Positions 60,982-64,000 of a stretch of DNA of 64,000 nt are shown here, piece by piece. The translations under genes and the position numbers were made by a program. The notes beneath the pieces were generated by a model. The model saw only the letters and a program-made list of their open reading frames with translations. It was not told where the DNA came from and did no database searches. The stretch spans positions 28,873-92,872 of the forward strand of contig JAKOXV010000013.1 in NCBI GenBank assembly GCA_029780855.1, given 5' to 3'. Source of the stretch: a bacterium (GTDB lineage: Bacteria > Patescibacteriota > Saccharimonadia > Saccharimonadales > JAUPVS01). How positions within the stretch are numbered: the first letter of the stretch is position 1; every line of letters starts with the position of its first letter.

Positions 60982-62163
60982 ATGAAGCGGAGGATTGATA
61001 AACTCTTTGCCCACATAGGGCAGCAGACCGTTTTTTACGGATTTGTTTTTGCCGGAATGGGTCTGATTCTTTGGTACCACCTTGGGACCTTGACACCTGG
61101 CTTCAGTGCACCAGAACTAATGGCTAGATCAGCCGCCAGTTCAGGTAAAGAAATTGTAGCTAATCCCTTATTTTTACCGCATAAGCTTCTTCAGTACCTC
61201 CTCATAAGCCTTGGCCATACCGGGGCATTCTGGATGAGGTTTGTTTCTACGCTATTTGCTGGACTAATCGTCGTTGCCTTTTATCGTATTCTTAGAACTT
61301 GGTATACCGCTCGGGTTGCACTTTTCAGTTCTTTTCTACTGCTTTCATCTGCCTGGTTTTTGCATTTTGCGCGGCTTGCAACACCGCAGATTCTGCTCGG
61401 TTCTTCGATCGGACTCCTCTGGGCGGGGTTGCGCTTACGGGGCAATGAGCCCCGCCACAGCACCGTACTGCTTAGTTTTGCGATTGTTCTTTACTGTCTC
61501 TATATCCCTGGATTAATCTGGTTTATTGCTCCGCTTATAGTTTGGCGACATAAAATAATTTTTAGAGAGCTCCGGCGCATTCATAAGGGGATGCTTTCAC
61601 TTATGATTCTTGCGTTTTTGTTTTGTATAACGCCTCTGGTTTATTCGTTTACGCAAAATACTCAAATACTGCTTGATTGGCTCTATGTACCGCACACCAT
61701 ACAGCTCAGCACCATTATCTCTAACTCGTGGGGTCTTCCGATATGGTTACTTTTGCGGGCGCCAGTTAATTACGCGTACTGGCTCGGAAGGGTGCCATAC
61801 CTTGATATTTTCAGTGTTGTAATGCTAGCACTTGGTGTGTTTGTGAGTATTCATAACCTTATTCTCGACAGGGTAAGGACAATATTTGGCATGCTCATTA
61901 TTGGAATTGTACTTACTATTCTGAACGGACCACTTGCTCTTATGTTGATTATTCCCATCATCTTTGTCCTTATCGCCAGTGGGATTGCACTTCTATTACA
62001 ACAGTGGTTCACGGTCTTTCCTAAAAATCCACTTGCGAGGACAGTAGGAGTAATTATGGTGCTTTCCGTAGTACTCATAGCAGGCCTTTACAATTTAAAA
62101 GCTTACTTTGTGGCCTGGCCAAACAACATAGAAACTATACAATCCTTCCAAGAAAAAGGATAA
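60982..62163 (+). CDS. Polytopic membrane protein (~11 TM), possibly GT-C/ArnT-PMT-like glycosyltransferase
   Basis: 393 aa, very hydrophobic, resembling GT39/ArnT-type N-terminal regions. The functional assignment is weak. Confidence 0.4.
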   Translation: MKRRIDKLFAHIGQQTVFYGFVFAGMGLILWYHLGTLTPGFSAPELMARSAASSGKEIVANPLFLPHKLLQYLLISLGHTGAFWMRFVSTLFAGLIVVAFYRILRTWYTARVALFSSFLLLSSAWFLHFARLATPQILLGSSIGLLWAGLRLRGNEPRHSTVLLSFAIVLYCLYIPGLIWFIAPLIVWRHKIIFRELRRIHKGMLSLMILAFLFCITPLVYSFTQNTQILLDWLYVPHTIQLSTIISNSWGLPIWLLLRAPVNYAYWLGRVPYLDIFSVVMLALGVFVSIHNLILDRVRTIFGMLIIGIVLTILNGPLALMLIIPIIFVLIASGIALLLQQWFTVFPKNPLARTVGVIMVLSVVLIAGLYNLKAYFVAWPNNIETIQSFQEKG

Positions 62164-62204
62164 AGTTTGCTACAATTAATTGGTAACGGTAAGGAGTAAA
62201 TTTG

Positions 62205-62498
62205 ATGAATCGTTTTGACCAAGCAAAAATGCTAATGAAGGCACGTAAGCTGCAGAAAGAATTACAAAAAGAGATCATCACCATAGAAAAGGGTGATGGT
62301 GCCGTGAAAGTCGAAATTACTGGCGAACAAAAGATAAAAAAGATCCATATTGATAAAGATTCTGTGGACCTGGATGACATAGCCCAGTTGGAACGATGGA
62401 TTGAAGAAGCGGTAAAAGAAGCAATAAGTGAAAGCCAAAAACTTGCCGCCGAAAAAATGCAACCGCTCATGGGTGCTCTGGGTAATCTAGGTCTATAG
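62205..62498 (+). CDS. ybaB: Nucleoid-associated protein YbaB/EbfC
   Basis: 97 aa from ATG 62205 (AGGAG ~8 nt upstream) with typical YbaB sequence (MLMKARKLQKELQ...VKVEITGEQKI). Confidence 0.9.
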   Translation: MNRFDQAKMLMKARKLQKELQKEIITIEKGDGAVKVEITGEQKIKKIHIDKDSVDLDDIAQLERWIEEAVKEAISESQKLAAEKMQPLMGALGNLGL

Positions 62499-62501
62499 TA
62501 A

Positions 62502-63110
62502 ATGCAGGTACTGCCGCCGGCACTCGAAAAGCTAATAGATGCACTTGGAAATTTACCTGGTGTGGGACCGCGAACAGCTGAAAGGTACGCTTACTACCTG
62601 CTAAAGTCTGATGGTCATAAATCAGCAGAACTATCAGATGCGCTTTCGCAACTCCACAAGAACATTTCTTATTGCAAAAAGACCTTCGCCCTGGTTGAGG
62701 AGGGAATGGAGCTGTCTGATCTTTACACTGATCCAGCGAGAAACAAACAAATTGTAGCTGTTGTTGCAGAACCTTTTGATATCATTGCGCTAGAAAAAAC
62801 TCACAACTTCAGCGGTACTTACCATGTATTAGGCGGTTTAATATCACCGATTGACGGGATAGGCCCCGAACAACTCCACATAGAGGAGTTGGTTGCAAGA
62901 ATTGATGAAGACAAAGTAGAAGAGATTATTTTAGCCACCAATGCTAGTGTAGAAGGCGAATCCACAGCTCTGTACATACGGAAACAAATTGGCGATCGTA
63001 ACGTAAAAGTTTCGCGGCTTGCTCGGGGACTCCCCATAGGACTAGATTTGGAATACGCCGATCAAATTACGCTTTCTCGCGCACTTGAGGGCCGCCAGCT
63101 ACTCTCATAG
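62502..63110 (+). CDS. recR: Recombination protein RecR (zinc-finger cysteines absent)
   Basis: 202 aa with HhH (LPGVGPRTAERYAYY) and Toprim (VVAEP...ATNASVEGESTALYI). A single Cys sits where the C4 finger is expected. Confidence 0.92.
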   Translation: MQVLPPALEKLIDALGNLPGVGPRTAERYAYYLLKSDGHKSAELSDALSQLHKNISYCKKTFALVEEGMELSDLYTDPARNKQIVAVVAEPFDIIALEKTHNFSGTYHVLGGLISPIDGIGPEQLHIEELVARIDEDKVEEIILATNASVEGESTALYIRKQIGDRNVKVSRLARGLPIGLDLEYADQITLSRALEGRQLLS

Positions 63111-63136
63111 CCAGTTATCCGGTATACTAAGGTAAA

Positions 63137-64000
63137 ATGAGTCAAAAGTATCCAGAAGCAGCTAAAATCAGGCAACTGATTGAAGGTAGCCAGAAAATCA
63201 TTATTATCCAGGCCGACAATCCCGATGGAGACAGTCTTGCTTCGGCATTGGCTCTGGAACAGATATTAGGCGACCTAGGCAAAGAACCGATGCTGTACTG
63301 CGGAGTCGATATTCCCACTTATCTACGATATCTACCTGGATGGGATAGAGTTGATAAAGAAATCCCAAAGCAATTTGATCTGAGTATCATAGTAGATACG
63401 AGTGCGGAAACGTTGCTAGAAAAATTATCCCAAACGAACCAACTGATGTGGATAAAAAGCAAGCCTTCAATTGTAATTGACCACCATGGCGGAGACCAGC
63501 GAATTTCATTCGCTACGGTAAGTTTAGATGCCGATGCGGTAGCAACTGGAGAAGCTCTTTATGAATTAGCCTGTGAATTTAACTGGCCGTTAAACCACGC
63601 CGCCCTGCATATGTTAGCCACTTCGATTATGGCAGATAGCCGAGGTTTGACCACCGACAAGACTTCCGCAAGAAGTATCCATATTATTGCTGAGTTGGTA
63701 GAAAAAGGCGTTTCCATTCCCGAACTCGAAGCGGCACGCAGGGAGACTATGAAACGATCTTCTGAGCTCGTCCATTATAAAGGTCAGCTACTACAGAGAG
63801 TTGAATACCACCATGAAACAGCCATTGCCACGGTGAGTATTCCTTTTGATGAAATCGAGCGTTACAGTCCTCAATACAACCCATCTATGCTAGTTATTGA
63901 AGATATGCTGCTTACTGAGGGAACAAAAGTTGCGATTGCTTTTAAACAGTACCCTGACGGCAAGGTGACCGCTAAAATACGCGCTAATTTCGGAAGTGAT
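63137..64000 (+). CDS. DHH-family phosphoesterase (NrnA-like oligoribonuclease/pAp phosphatase), 3' end cut by window edge
   Basis: Not in the ORF track because there is no stop in the window. I read 288 stop-free codons from ATG 63137. DHH motifs: IIQADNPDGDSLAS, IVDTS, IDHHG. Confidence 0.8.
   Translation, partial: MSQKYPEAAKIRQLIEGSQKIIIIQADNPDGDSLASALALEQILGDLGKEPMLYCGVDIPTYLRYLPGWDRVDKEIPKQFDLSIIVDTSAETLLEKLSQTNQLMWIKSKPSIVIDHHGGDQRISFATVSLDADAVATGEALYELACEFNWPLNHAALHMLATSIMADSRGLTTDKTSARSIHIIAELVEKGVSIPELEAARRETMKRSSELVHYKGQLLQRVEYHHETAIATVSIPFDEIERYSPQYNPSMLVIEDMLLTEGTKVAIAFKQYPDGKVTAKIRANFGSD

Overview
This 64-kb window is almost entirely the translation and transcription core of a small-genome bacterium. 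All but four genes lie on the + strand. In order, it holds: rsmD (partial), tRNA-Leu, hisS, tig, clpP, rpoB-rpoC, an interrupted str cluster (rpsL-rpsG ... fusA ... tuf), an isolated rpsJ, and an unbroken S10-spc-alpha-rplM/rpsI block (rplC to rpsI, 21342-35812). These are followed by trpS, rluD-like, holB, a TPR protein, dut, a tRNA cluster (Thr, Tyr, Thr) with rpmG, and a ~5.4-kb accessory stretch (LysM/Rpf-like muralytic protein, inverted tRNA-Trp, P-loop kinase, DUF45 metallopeptidase, orphan PAS histidine kinase, GT2). Next come secE-nusG-rplK-rplA, an MprF-like gene, dcd plus a Tmk-tandem-ThyX fusion, a cluster of orphan small ORFs, rplJ-rplL, dnaX, dnaB, a polytopic membrane protein, ybaB-recR, and a partial DHH (NrnA-like) gene. 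Several features fit a Patescibacteria/CPR, Saccharibacteria-like organism, though this is inference rather than a database match: L30 is absent between rpsE and rplO, adk and map are absent after secY, many r-proteins carry Lys/Ala/Glu-rich tails, and many short lineage-specific ORFs are present. I found no CRISPR array, transposase, integrase, rRNA or obvious defence system. The most unusual observations are: (1) two unannotated 26-codon leader-type ORFs embedded in terminator/antiterminator-like RNA structures, one of them an FFYFWF aromatic run upstream of trpS; (2) a thymidylate kinase fused to a tandem (one degenerate) ThyX and translationally coupled to dcd; (3) repeated insertion of orphan small, membrane or surface genes into operons that are normally contiguous (rpsG|fusA|tuf, rpsJ|rplC, nusG|rplK|rplA); (4) terminator-type hairpins in the secE-nusG and rplJ leaders; (5) many -10 boxes placed 7-9 nt before start codons, which suggests leaderless mRNAs. 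All promoter, terminator and RNA-structure calls were made by eye and are unvalidated.
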